Source of the DNA: Octopus sinensis | Taxonomy: Eukaryota | NCBI RefSeq assembly: GCF_006345805.1 | Contig: NC_042998.1 | Coordinates: forward strand, 185,814,001-185,878,000 | DNA length: 64,000 nucleotides | Direction of reading: 5' to 3' | Part shown: one piece after another, positions 1-12,695 of the stretch | Position numbering within the stretch: the first letter of the stretch is position 1 | Layout of the letters: each line of letters opens with the position of its first letter | Position numbers and translations under genes: made by a program | The notes under the pieces: generated by a model | Told to the model about the DNA's origin: nothing | Databases searched by the model: none | The model's input: the letters and a program-made list of their open reading frames with translations, nothing else

Positions 1-983
1 CAACGGCTTCTACATAACACTTCTGTGCAAGAAGTAAGTCATGGGATTTTTCCTGTCTCGCATACACATGTTGATGATTCGCATAAACCTGCAGTTTAAT
101 CATTGTTACAACTTGCCAGCATTCGTTTTATTAAAATAAAGTTTTCAATGTTTCGTTGCAAATGAGCTGCCTTCTGGCAGTCTTTATACACGCTTATCAA
201 AAGCACACTGGAATGGACTCTCTCACGAATACTCTTCATACATTGAATCACAGAACACTCACGCTAAATTAGTGACCACCCACACTAAAAAAATTAACAG
301 GGAACAGACAACATTTTTTTACCACCCACCGTATTGGATTTTCAGGGTCCTTGTTTCTTTTCAATCAACATTTCGAGTCCAATAACTCGTTAAAATCTGC
401 AAGCACTCTATTTTAACTATAAATTAATTTGCACTTTGTGATTTGTGCTGGTATTTATTTTAGAAATGCAAATCTTATGGTAATTCCATTGTTTTTATCT
501 CAGCACGGTCTTGGAGAAAATAAACCATTAATTAAAATACTTTAATTTGTTTGAAGTATATTCTCGGAACTAGAATGTTAAGTTAATAAACAAAAGTTGT
601 TTTGTGTCTTGTACGTGATTTTGCCTATTTGCTACAAAGTAAAAAGAAAACAAAAACTGAACGAACATCTCCTACGTGTAGTGATTCCATAAATTTTGTC
701 AAGGGTTGTAACTCCAGGTTGGCCTTCATTAAGTGAGCCAATGATCAAAGGCATTTAAACTATAATCATCGATTTTTTTCAAAATTTGTGTCGTCGCATT
801 ATATCAATCAATGAGAATAAGGTGTAGTGTTAAGCAGTCGACCAGCTTCCTCGTAATGCCACGTAAAAATTCCAATGAGCTAACGGGGAACCTCATAAGT
901 TGGGGACTTATCAATGAATTTAATTCATAAGAAATATATTAGAAAGGCGACCACCCCCTCTCACACCATGTCAAGAGGTTAAA

Positions 984-1379
984 TCTTTATATATAAAAGT
1001 GAGGTTGTGTGCTGTCTGTCTCCTACGATTTAGATTCCTAACTACTCCGACATTTTGCGGTGCAGTTTAACCAAAACCGGGTATCTTATAGTCGTGATTC
1101 ATATCGAGCCCTTTTGGGTATTAACGCGCGTCTACGATGAGTCTACGATTAAAAAAAAAAATTACCATCAATTTTCCCCATTTTTAATGCATTTTTGGCA
1201 TATATAAGGGAAGTAACTCTCTAAAAATTTATTATTAAATCTCAGAACGTAAAAAGTTACAGTAACCCCCCCCCTTTGTGGTTAGCCATATTGAGATGGC
1301 TATTATACTTTACATCTCTAAAAATGCTTATATAGTTATTTCCCTTACAAACCCGAGCAACGCCGGGGGATACTGCTAG
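984..1379 (+). mobile_element. Non-autonomous Helitron (~396 bp)
   Basis: Starts A|TC (983|984), ends CTAG|T (1376-1379|1380), subterminal hairpin cccgagcaacgccggg at 1352-1367, no TSD. The 3' ~35 nt are nearly identical to 24587-24620. Confidence 0.85.
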
Positions 1380-1924
1380 TCAATAATAAATGAGTTATAC
1401 CTCTGGTACGTATGTAAACGTGCTGCTGAATCTCAACGACCTGCAGTTATTCAAGGATCTTTTTTTAATGAATTTGTAGCACATATAAAATCTGAATGTT
1501 GTAACATGTTAACAGTATATTTTAGCAACCTGAATCCTCGACCCGATTACAATTCTTAGAGTTTATTATACATCACGTTCGACGCGCCTGCAAATTCGAT
1601 TGTGGAAGAGGATTGGGCCTAAGCAAATTCATTTGCTCATTACGCATTATACGACGACTGGAGCTACATGAGCTAAAGAGGGTTCCTCTATATATGGACA
1701 CTCGATCTGTTAGAACTAGCAGTCAAATATCCTTCAAACTACTCTCTATCATTATAAAAGGACAATACTGGAAAATGTTTTTCATACGTAAAAAAAGATA
1801 AGGTAGTTACAATTGGGACACCTTTGATCACAGATCTGCTCAACTCTTTAATTTGGGAAGTTTGAGTTCGTGGCTGTTGAGATGTAGGGTACGTTGAAAG
1901 CATGTATAAATTAGTGATGGAACG

Positions 1925-2079
1925 ATGCATATATGTATGTATGTATATGTGTATGTATGTATGTATGTATGTATGTATGTATGTATGTATGTATGTATGT
2001 ATGTATGTATGTATGAATGTATGTATGTATATATGTATGTACGGTTGAAATGTATAGAAAACAGAACAGTAACTGGTGA

Positions 2080-2116
<37 letters not shown>

Positions 2117-2132
2117 ACACACACACACACAC
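1925..2132. repeat. (TATG)n and (CA)n microsatellites
   Basis: Direct reading; explains overlapping YVCM/HT-repeat ORFs. Confidence 0.95.
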
Positions 2133-3758
2133 CACTAAAAAATGAAAGGTTAAACACTGCTCCAACATCACCTATTTATTCAATTTCCAAACTATTGATT
2201 AGACAATTATAAAATCAGTATCCTTATCATTAACCCTTGTTCATCGTGTTAGAAATATAAATAGATGAGTTAAGAGTATGACTAAAAAAAAAAAGAGACT
2301 GAAACAAAAAACAAAAAAAAAAGTAAAAATATGAAGTTAACTTTTCCAATGTTGACTAATATCATTGAGAAACTGAATTTTGGATAGTTTACCTGTAAAG
2401 GAAGCCATATTGTTCTTTATCGTCTCCAAGAGGTTTACTGAGTTTGTAGCCAAAGTTTTCTCTGAAAAAGAAAAAATATTAATGGATGACTGTTAGTCGT
2501 AGAATAATTTTATAACTGGTTAGGTTTTGTAGAATCAATCTAAAAATCTGATAACGGTCAACTCCATTTGAAAATCTGTATCGATGGTGTGACACCGAAG
2601 GAGTCTGCGCGTGGTTGCTTCTTCTACAAAAAGATTGCAGCTAAGTTCCTTTAAATCATATCTTAAAGCAGGAAGTAGACTTTAAATACCATTATTCTAG
2701 ATATGCAAAAAGACGAATGTGTACGAACGGAACTCTTTTGATCTTCTGTATGATCAAAGGTTAAACAACAACAATAACAGCAACTACCAGCAATCTGTGT
2801 CCATGACTGGGTGGCAACACTGTCACTCAGTACAACATAGTGACACTTGGTGAGAACGTTCATGTGGTCATTTGATCTGCTGAAAATAGCAATCAGTCAC
2901 CCCAAATCACACATCATCTTCGAAACCAAAGATACTTTGGATAATGTAATCTTAGATACATTACGCCTGCAAGAAATAGAAATGGTCATTTATGGAAGCT
3001 CAGAAAGGCTAAATGAGAGGAGAAGCATCTATGTCATGAACGGCTAATTATATATATAGTGCGAGAAAGCAAACGATACTGTTATGGAATGAAATTTACA
3101 CTACTGATTCAGAACCACAGTGCAAATCTGAAATGAAATTTACGCTACTGATAAAGAATCATACTGCAAACTGGAAAGAAAAACGTCAAGTACTTTGTGT
3201 TGACGTTAGCTTGTAGTCTAATGAGTAAGTTCAACGCTCACATAAACTCGGTATGATTGCCGTTACTGAAAAGTAAATATGAATTTAGGGCCTCCGTCGA
3301 CCAAGGTTAACAATATACTTATCCTATTTGCATAGGTCCGGGCAAAGATTTTCGAGGAAGATTGGCACCTGCCTTGGCGTATTAAGTTTCACCTCTCCCT
3401 GTCACCGATGTCGTCCAAGGAAAAGTTTGGCGCTTTAGTGCCGATAGAACCTGACATAGAGACATCACAGGCGTTGCTATAAGAATGCAAAGAACCGGAA
3501 CAAATACTTCAAGATATCCTGCCAGATGCTCTAACAGTTCTGCCAATCTGATCTTCTTAATTGGACATTTTTTTATCGACTCCGAAATGATGAAAAACAA
3601 TGATGATTTCGGCGAGATTTGAACACAGAACACAGAGATTCGAAACAGATTCTCTTCTCGGCATTTTAATCAATGCACTACCGACTCTGCCAGTTCACCA
3701 CCTTTACTGTGAATCTTGCAACACTACATCCATCAGTGGAACAATAAATAACAATATT

Positions 3759-3989
3759 TATTTCTTTATTGCCCACAAGGGGCGAAACATAGAGGGGACA
3801 AACAAGGACAGACAAATGGATTAAGTCAATTACATCGACCCCAGTGCGTAACTGGTACTTAATTTATCAACCCCGAAAGGATGAAAGGCAAAGTCGACCT
3901 CGGCAGAATTTGAGCTCAGAACGTAACGGCAGACGAAATACGGCTGCGCATTTCGCCCGGCGTGCTAACGTTTCTGCCAGCTCGCCACC
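3759..3989 (-). mobile_element. SINE-A (tRNA-derived head), single unit with Tx1-like tail
   Basis: Minus strand reads ggtggcgagctggcagaaacgttagcac (A-box region), gagctcaaattc (B-box region), body gtcgactttgcctttcatcctttcggggttgataaattaagtacc, tail ending ccccttgtgggcaataaagaaata. Flanked by a ~56-bp direct repeat. Confidence 0.9.
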
Positions 3990-6384
3990 TTTACAGTGAA
4001 TCTTGCAACATTACATCCATCATTGGAACAATAAATAACAATATTATTACCCTTAAGTCTTTAGGAAGAAAGTTTTAGGATTCGAACTCAGTCTGGTACT
4101 AAGTGCACATGCAAGATTAAAACCCCTGATATGGATTGAAAACCAAACTGATGAATATCGAAAATCTTTCATCTAATTTAGGACTATTGAATTCAACTTT
4201 ATACCAATCAATCATTTATCTAAAATATTATAATCTTATGCAAAATTTAAATTATAGTAATTTAAATTACTATAATGATGGAATTGATTAAATATTTCAT
4301 TTTCAGAGATAAAAAAAAATAATACGCCTTTTTTGGAGAAAAAATAATTAATAATTATACTCATTAAAGCTAATGACTGTTTTTCATTACGAATGTAAGT
4401 GGCTCGTTGTATTAAGCACGTTAACCATTAAATATAAGTTCTCCGTGTAGAAGAAAATTTCTCCAGTCGTTTTTCTAACAGATGTTTTCCGTCAAAGTAT
4501 TTATTATTCTCTGAATTCGTATGGGATCTGGAAAGTATGGTAAGATTGTCTCTCGCTGAGGAGGGCTAATAACATCTAAATACGTCCGGAATTGTCTCTG
4601 TAGGACCAATGGTCAGATCCACACCTCACTACACGTCTTCATTCAACTATTAATTGAGATTTCGGAATTGTTTCACTTACTTTTCTTCACAAGAGTTAAC
4701 AACGAAATCTAACGCTTTTCCTCTTTATTATGAGAGTAATTTCAATTAATAAAATCTTTACTTTGCTTACTAAATGTTAACTACCATTTAACTATGTACT
4801 TCATTTAAATGTATACTCCATTTAGTCAATTGTAAAGTCCATTAATACTGTTGTTATGAGTTTTATAGGGTTAACTTGATAGTACTAATCATAGGCAATA
4901 GATTTAAATTACACAGTCATTACTATAAAATAGCAACAACCAAAGACTGAAGGCGATAGAGTATTAAAGTACTATTTACAATAAGTATCTCTTGTAGTTA
5001 ATGTGTTCCTATATCAGTAGCATTGAATAAATATTTATTCATCTTTAGTACAAGTATGAAAAAGTCAATTGCTTAAACATTCACAATCAAAAGCTATCTG
5101 TCAAAGGGTAATCACTTCTCTTGACCTTTCATTGTCGGTGGTCAATTTTGTTTTGTCGGCCGTGTATTCTAGTGCAGAGCTATTACACAATAATTTTCAA
5201 GTATTTATACATTCATGTGGTTGTTTAGCCCTCGGTCAATTACGATCCAGCAGAGCTACGATCAAATATCCAGAGTTGAATTTGTGATCATTCGGACTTA
5301 TTTTATCTTTCAAAGACTGTGTACTACATATCCATGGTTATACTATCTAAGTTACGCACCCCTCTTCCCATTTTGAATATAGAAGAAAAAATTTGAGAGA
5401 GATTTGGCTGTTCTTTCGAATAAACCGAACGTCTACACAGAGACGTTAGTTCTTAAACATTTTGAGTTCGTGACACGATGGAAAAAATATATTGTAAGGA
5501 TTCGAACCCTGACAACAAAATTATATTTCCGATCATGAGTATGCTACCACAGTTTAACGTGATTGATATGTAGTGTTTTCTATCAATAAAATCAACCAAT
5601 CAGAGTGAAGCTGTGACGTGATATAGTTTTCTCGAATATTCTAGTTTTGCGCCCTTAGGTCACAGCAGACCACAGCTAGCCTTCAGACAAGACATCACGG
5701 TTTCCTTTTCCTAGCTTTAACAATATGTGGTGGTATTTGTATCTGTATTTTTCTCTTCCAGATAGCAAATCTCTAAGCCAACGCAGTAAATTATTTCCTA
5801 TTTATTATTCTGATAACCAGTGAATCTGTAATAATTTGCGTATTTATATGCACAGTTTTCTATCAATAAAATATGGTTGAACGTTTGTGAGTTTGTTTTA
5901 TTTATAATAATAGTAGCCAGCCTGATCTTTCATTCAATTTAAGGACACAGTGATCTTCCTTCTAACGATCAACTACACAACGATGATCTTCAGCAAACGC
6001 ACAAAATAAGCAAGCTCTCGACAAAATCACTGGAACACTCCATATGAAAAATATGGCGCATTTCACATGGGGAAATTTTTCTTTCTAATATGTTTTAAAT
6101 TAATAATCACACATACACACGCCGCCCTGCCACCAACTAAGAAACTATCGTTTACTTTGTTTCATTAATCACGTCTGTGTCTAACATAACTATGAGTAAT
6201 TCGTTTTTCCAGAAGCTCGGCCATATAAATCCAGATTTTTCTAAAGACTTAAATTACATTTTTGAAACTCCACGATGCACCGCGATACTCCTTTAATGTG
6301 CTTTATATGAGAACCACTATCAATGTAAACAATATAAAACGGTTTTCAGCTGGGATTAAAACAGTCCAATTCTCTACAGCTTAA

Positions 6385-6769
6385 TGTCCTTTCTACTTTT
6401 GGCACAAGGTCTGAAATCGGGGGAGGAGACTAGTCGATTACATTGACCCGTATTTCACTGATACTTAATTTATCGGCCCCGAAAGGATGAAAAGCAAAGT
6501 CGACCTCGGCGGAATTTGAACTCAGAACGTAGCGGCACACGAAATACCTATTTCTTTACTGCCCACAAGGCAGAGAGGACAAACAAGGACAGACAAACGG
6601 ATTAAGTCGATTACATCGACCCAGTGCGTAACTGGTACTTAATTTATCGACCCCGAAAGGATGAAAGGTAAAGTCGACCTCGGCGGAATTTGAACTCAGA
6701 CCGCAGCGGCGGACGAAATACCACAAAGCATTTCGCCCGGCGTGCTAACGATTCTGCCAGCTCGCCACC
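6385..6769 (-). mobile_element. SINE-A dimer: head-body-Tx1-like tail-body-older tail
   Basis: Two body copies joined at gaaata|ggtatttcg; the distal unit ends in the older tail type (gaccttgtgccaaaagtagaaagga). Confidence 0.88.
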
Positions 6770-6789
6770 TTTCTCTACAACCTAATATC

Positions 6790-6914
6790 ACTTCAAATTT
6801 TTGCTACAAGGGTAGCTTGGGAGAGGTGGGTATAAGTCGATTACATCGACCCCAGTGTTCAACTGGTACTTATTTTATCGACCCCGAAAGGATGAAAGGC
6901 AAAGTCGACCTTGG
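6790..6914 (-). mobile_element. 5'-truncated SINE-A fragment
   Basis: Body gtcgactttgcctttcatcctttcggggtcgataaaataagtacc on the minus strand; bounded by copies of tctctacagcttaat. Confidence 0.8.
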
Positions 6915-8239
6915 TCTCTACAGCTTAATATCAACACGTTAACGGTAATTTGACGTTTAGCATTTCACAAAGACATACAATTTATTCTTTTTTTCTTTCT
7001 TTTGGAGAAGGTTATAGTCCAATAAATCTACTAATTTTATCAACCCCGGAAGAATGAAAGACGATCCATGCGAGATTTTGAACTCAGAAGATAGTGGTAT
7101 GTAACTAAATATAGCAAAGTGTTTAGTCAAGAATTCATCCAGTGCTACCTCCTACTTTTAAATTTGCCATAATATTCCTTTCTACTACAAGAATTATTTT
7201 TTTTACACTTTTACACTTTTTTTGACTGAATTTTAATGAGTAAAATTCCGCACTTTCAATTTACCATGTAATAATAGTTTAGCATATATACTTTGTAATA
7301 TATATGTTACAAGACACCATAAGAAGTACAATGACATCACTTTTTACAACTAAACTATGTTGGTGTCGACCGAATTCTGACAGAATGACACCAGAAATAT
7401 AAGCCTGTTTGACAGAATAATTGAAAATCTGCAAGAATGAAAATTTATCTCAAAAATAATTATCAAAATTCCAAAGGGAGTAAAATAAGAGATAACCTCT
7501 ACGCTCCATCCCTTCTGAATGAACTCTTGCGATAGATTCCGACCATTTATTCAAGCAGATTGTGTCACGATTAAATTAAAAGAAGTCTCTTTCTCTCAGG
7601 GATAGAATACAATCTGGAATTTTTATTAAGAAGGAATGTAGACATGTACTGATATATGACAGAAAAAAGGTTTAGACTAGTGTTTCTTAAACGTTTTTCT
7701 GTGTTTCACCTTTTATCAGTTCTTTTATCACCATTCCTAAAACCGTTACAAATAAGAAAAAGTTGTTTTGTCTACGACACCATTTATCATTGCATAACAT
7801 CAAGGGCTATAAATTAATTCAGCTTTAGTGCCTTTAAAATTTACAACAAAAATAAATCTAGCAAAAGCACTATGCATAATGTCAAAGAATTCTTAACAAA
7901 TTTCTCAGTGAAATCCTAATATTTAGACAAGCGCTGGAGCACGTGCACACGCACGCACGCACGCACGCACGCAAACACACACACACACACGCGCACACAC
8001 ACACACAGACACACAGACACACACACACACACACACACACACAGAGGAATACACTCGCAATGACTTCAATGTTTACAATTCCACTTGCCTCTTGCACTAC
8101 AAACTTTGCTACCGCGGAAGCCGAATATTTTACCCTACTTTACTCTCTGCAACAGTTTGTATCACCCGCTATTCGTATTCCTGAACGAGACACATTTCCA
8201 CTTCAAATACACTTCATCCTTTTTTATAATTAAACCCAG

Positions 8240-9034
8240 TCTTTATTGAACAACCAGCGTCTGTGGCGAGTGGACATCGTAGTGTTTACTTTGCAAGTTG
8301 TGAAATTTATGTTTTTGCGATCACGTGTCTGCTGTAGTCTGCGATTTTGTCATGGACAAGAACAAAGAGCCAACGTGAAATTTTGCGTTAAACTTGGGAA
8401 GTCTGCTACAGAGACATTGAGCATGCTTCGGCAAGATTATGGCGACTAGGCAATGGGTTGCACACAATGTATCGAGTGGCAGAACGTCCCTGGAAGACGA
8501 AGAGCGATCTGGAAGTCATGCCCCGGTGACGCTTATGGCAGGACGATTGTGCATCGAGAATTTGTTCCCCAGGGCCAGACCGTCAATTGAGAGTTCTACT
8601 ACGACGTTTTGAAGTGTCTGAGGGGGGACATTTGGCAAAAGCGACCGGATCTGTGGAGTGCGAAGAATTGCATTCCTTATGACGACAATGCACACCCTGT
8701 CACCGATCTCTCCTCACTCGTGAGTTTCTTGCCAAAAACAATATGGTATCGCTTCCGCACCTGCCCTATTTACCAGATTTAGCACCTACGGACTTCCATA
8801 TCTTCCCCAAATGAAAATGCAGCTCAAAGGTCGCCGTTTTAACACAGTTGTCGAGATCCAGAACGAATCGAAGAAGGTCCTCGACTCGCTTATGGAAAAT
8901 GACTTCCTGGCCGGATTCCAAAAGTGGCAGGAACGCTGCGAACGGTGTCTATTTCGAAGGAGATGTTAAAACTTACGCAAATAAGTTTTTTTTATTAAAC
9001 ACAGCTAATCCAGGAACCTTTTGATACCACCTCG
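8240..9034 (+). mobile_element. Decayed mariner transposon (transposase pseudogene, internally deleted, 3' TIR present)
   Basis: Translates to EQRANVKFCVKLGKSATET, IVHREFVPQGQTVN, DDNA and HLPYLPDLAP-DF (mariner YSPDLAP-like motif) with stops and frameshifts; ends ggaaccttttgataccacctcg|ta (9013-9036). No 5' TIR found. Confidence 0.9.
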
Positions 9035-9401
9035 TACTGGCGTCCCGAACTTTATGGCACTTCAAGTCAGCTAACTGGTCGGAATTCTTCTCAGTTCCAC
9101 GCAAACAATTATCGGTAGTAAATGTGCTTTTCGCTTGACCAACGAGTAATCTGAGATTGCCAAAACGACAAACGAAACCATCCTCTTAAGCCAGTCCTTT
9201 TACATCGCTCACGCAGCCAAAGCCCATTTTACGAAGTTATTGATTCATACGCAACCACACTACAGTAGTACAGGAGAAGAATATAATCAACAAACTTAGA
9301 GAATATCACTACCTTCACTGACTGGAAAGACTTCACTCACCGCCTCAAATCCTGCATAACTACCACCCGTAAAGCAAAAGATATCTTTGTGCCAAGTTCA
9401 A

Positions 9402-9816
9402 GGCGGTGAGCTGGCAGAATCATTAACGCACTGGGCGAAATCCTTAGCAGTATTTCGCCTGCCGCTACGTTCTGAGTTCAAATTCCGCGGAGGTCGACTT
9501 TGCCTTTCATCCTTTCGGGGTCGATTAAATAAGTACCAGTTACGCACTGGGGTCGATGTAATCGACTTAATCCGTTTGTCTGTCCTTGTTTGTCCCCTCT
9601 GCGTGTAGCCCCTTGTGGGTAGTAAAGAAATAGGTATTTCGTCTGTCTTTATGTTCTGAGTTCAAATTCCGCCGAGGTCGACTTTGCCTTTCATCCTTTC
9701 GGAGTCGATAAATTAAGTACCGGTTACGCACTGGGGTCGATGTAATCGACTTAATCCGTTTGTCTGTCATTGGTTGTCCCTTCTGTGTTTAGCCTCTTGT
9801 GGGTAGTAAAGAAATA
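9402..9816 (+). mobile_element. SINE-A array, head plus 2 body-tail units
   Basis: ggcggtgagctggcagaatc head; internal junction gtaaagaaataggtatttcg; ends gtaaagaaata. Confidence 0.92.
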
Positions 9817-10580
9817 GATACCTTTGTCCCCGTCGAATTCCTGCCAGCCCTTTTGATCTTTAGTTATGAACAATTCTAACGCCTTGCATTATCAATTGAT
9901 CTATTACTTCTCAACTAAAATGGTTCCTTAAGCAGTATTGCGAAGAACGCTTCTAAATTTGATTCACGCTTTGCTTTCAGTTGCTTAGTGCACACACTCG
10001 ACAAGACTGCATTTCACACTTCAATAGTATCACACCCACGTTCATAAACACCTCAAATGCGAGCACACTGTCAATCGCTCCAAGTCAACAATGCTGTCAA
10101 CTTATAAATGACCTTTTCATTGTCTTCAAACAATTCTCTCTAGAGTAAGCCCTTCTATTCTTGCCAAACTCTTCAATCTTTCTCCCTATATAGAAATCTA
10201 CTCCTATATTTAGCAGATTCAAAAACTCTCATATTTATCATACCACAGCTTCCACCGTGTGTCATCTCTAAGAAGGGCACTCTCTCTGATCCTGCCAACT
10301 TGACAATGTTGTATTTATCAGTAACACAATAGCACAAAGAATGATCATATTGCCTGTCTAGGATTGGACCTCCCGCAATAAAGCATTGAAAGTCACTATT
10401 AAGCTTCACAATCATTGATGAGGTTTCACGGTAATCTCAATTACTATTCCCAAACGGGAAATTTTTCATGAATCGGGCGGTTTTACTATTACACACATAC
10501 ATACACACACACGCGTGCGAGCAAAAACGTATTCTCGATTGTATCCAAAAGAAATACTTGAGCATAGAGGGAAGTAAAGT

Positions 10581-10614
<34 letters not shown>

Positions 10615-10783
10615 TGTGAATATGAACAGAATATTTTGGCAGAATAAAAATAAAGAAATAATAAAAACAAGCTAAACTCATCTGCATAGCAAGAATACAA
10701 TTTGTCCCATTAACACATTTGCAGTGCCAGCCATATGGCTCTGCAGTTGGACTGGAACGTGACAGACCTAGATTCTATAAGCC

Positions 10784-10828
<45 letters not shown>

Positions 10829-11220
10829 TACCAAGCATTTAATCTAACAGCCAATAAGTCTATATGTAAAGAGGTGTTAGGGGACTATTGGATAGTAGGG
10901 AGCAGTTTAAAAAGCAGTTATGTTGCCAACTACCTCACAAGAAGATCTACTACATGCCATTGCTAATTATTATTATAGCAAAAGGATTATTATAATAGCT
11001 GCAAAATTCTCCCTAGTGATTTTATTCCGAATTACTAAATTATAAATCTCAAGTAACAGCCAAAACAGGTATATGTATTGACAGCACGTAAGTTAACCGT
11101 GGAGAACAACCGTAAAAACACTTCTTTACATGGTCAATGCTTCTGTGAACTTAAGAGACATCAGATAAAGAAATAGAGCACCAACTCTGGGAGACGATAG
11201 AAGGAACAATTGTGTATATT

Positions 11221-11384
11221 ATAGATTTTTTCGATCTAGTTTGGATCCTTTGCCATCAAATTTGAATTCTTAGCAAACAAATTTGATTGCAAAGAATTCA
11301 AATTTGATTGCAAAGAATTCAAATTTGATGGCAAAGAATTCAAATTTGATGGCAAAGAATCCAAACTAGATCGAAAACATCTAT
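11221..11384. mobile_element. Small foldback element: ~50-bp inverted termini built on a 21-bp subrepeat
   Basis: Left atagattttttcgatctagtttggatcctttgccatcaaatttgaattctt is the near-perfect reverse complement of the right end; internal tandem caaagaattcaaatttgat(t/g)g copies. Confidence 0.75.
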
Positions 11385-11399
11385 ATATATTATATAGTA

Positions 11400-11930
11400 C
11401 AGTAATGCCTCGATATACCAGTTAATTTGTTCCTGGAAACCGCTCGTAAAGCAGAACAATCATTTCCCATAGTAACAATGTTATAAATCGTAATTTGTTC
11501 TCAGAAAAATATTTTACCTATAAAATTTAGAATATTTGTAAATAAATGGCAATAAAACTGTAGAATGGAAAGAATATTTTATGTAAAGTTAAAAGAATGT
11601 CAAGATCATTTATACTAAAAACATATTATTATAATCATTTCTGAATCCCTTTCACTCGCACTAGACTCACGCATACCGTCACTTGTAGACGCGATCCCCG
11701 ATTCACAAGCACTCTTAGACGGACTTGTAGATTTCTTTTCCAAAAGAACCCCCCAAAAAACAAGCCCAGAGTTTTTCGCTTAGAAGCTTCTTTTCACTTT
11801 CTATAAATTTCTAGATAACACGCAGTAGCTGTTATGGTAGCAGAAACTTTTGCACGTCGTTCAAAATTTGGATGTTGTACTTGAAAAATAAAACTCGTAA
11901 AGCGGGTCCTCGTAAAGCGAGGCATTGCTG
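11400..11930. mobile_element. Non-autonomous Tc1/mariner-superfamily (pogo/Tigger-like) element, 531 bp
   Basis: TA|cagtaatgcctcg ... cgaggcattgctg|TA; imperfect TIRs with TA target duplication. Confidence 0.85.
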
Positions 11931-12149
11931 TACTTTCAACATACTTAATGGTGACAGCATAAAAGGACAGGCTCTAACCACTAGATACTTTGGAAGAAAT
12001 ATTCACAATTCCAGCAACTTAGATGACAGATGTTTTCTATTTGAAAAAGAGACATTATATCATGATGTCCTGTACTAGCTACGCCCAAATGTTCTTAGGG
12101 ATGCGACACAGTAACGTAGCGAAGCCGTTATATATGTCTTTTATTTTTT

Positions 12150-12492
12150 TTATCTTTTACTTGTGTCAGTCAGTCATTAGACTGACGCCATGCTGGAGCA
12201 CCGTCTTGAAGAGGTTTAGTTGAACGAATCGATTCCAGTAAATTTTTAAAGCCTGGTACTTTTTCTTTCGTCTCTTTTGCCGAACCACTAAGCTATGGGG
12301 ACGTTGTCACGTGGTGGTAGGGGACAAATACAGACACAAAGGCACACACACGCACGCACACACACGCACGCACACACACGCACGCACACACACGCACGCA
12401 CACACACGCACGCACACACACGCACGCACACACACGCACGCACACACACACACACACACACGCGCGCGCGCATGCACACACACACACACACG

Positions 12493-12529
<37 letters not shown>

Positions 12530-12695
12530 ACGCAGAGGAGTTCTCTCAGTTTCCGTCTACCAAATCCACTCACAAGGTTTTGGTCAACCCGAGGCTATAG
12601 CGAAAGACACTTGCCCAAGGTACCACACAACGGGACTGAACCTGGAACCATGTGGCTGGGAAACAAACTCCTTATCATACAGCCACTCCTGCGTC
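12150..12695 (-). mobile_element. SINE-B (tRNA head, internal CA/TG microsatellite)
   Basis: Minus strand starts gacgcaggagtggctgt, then ggttcagtccc, ccttgggcaagtgtctt, gtagacggaaactga, a central (TG)n, and tail gctccagcatggcgtcag...acaagtaaaaga. Same architecture as 29724-30138. Confidence 0.9.

Noticed and set aside
9830-10430. CR1-like LINE 3' end on the minus strand
   Set aside because: Resemblance is too weak to support.
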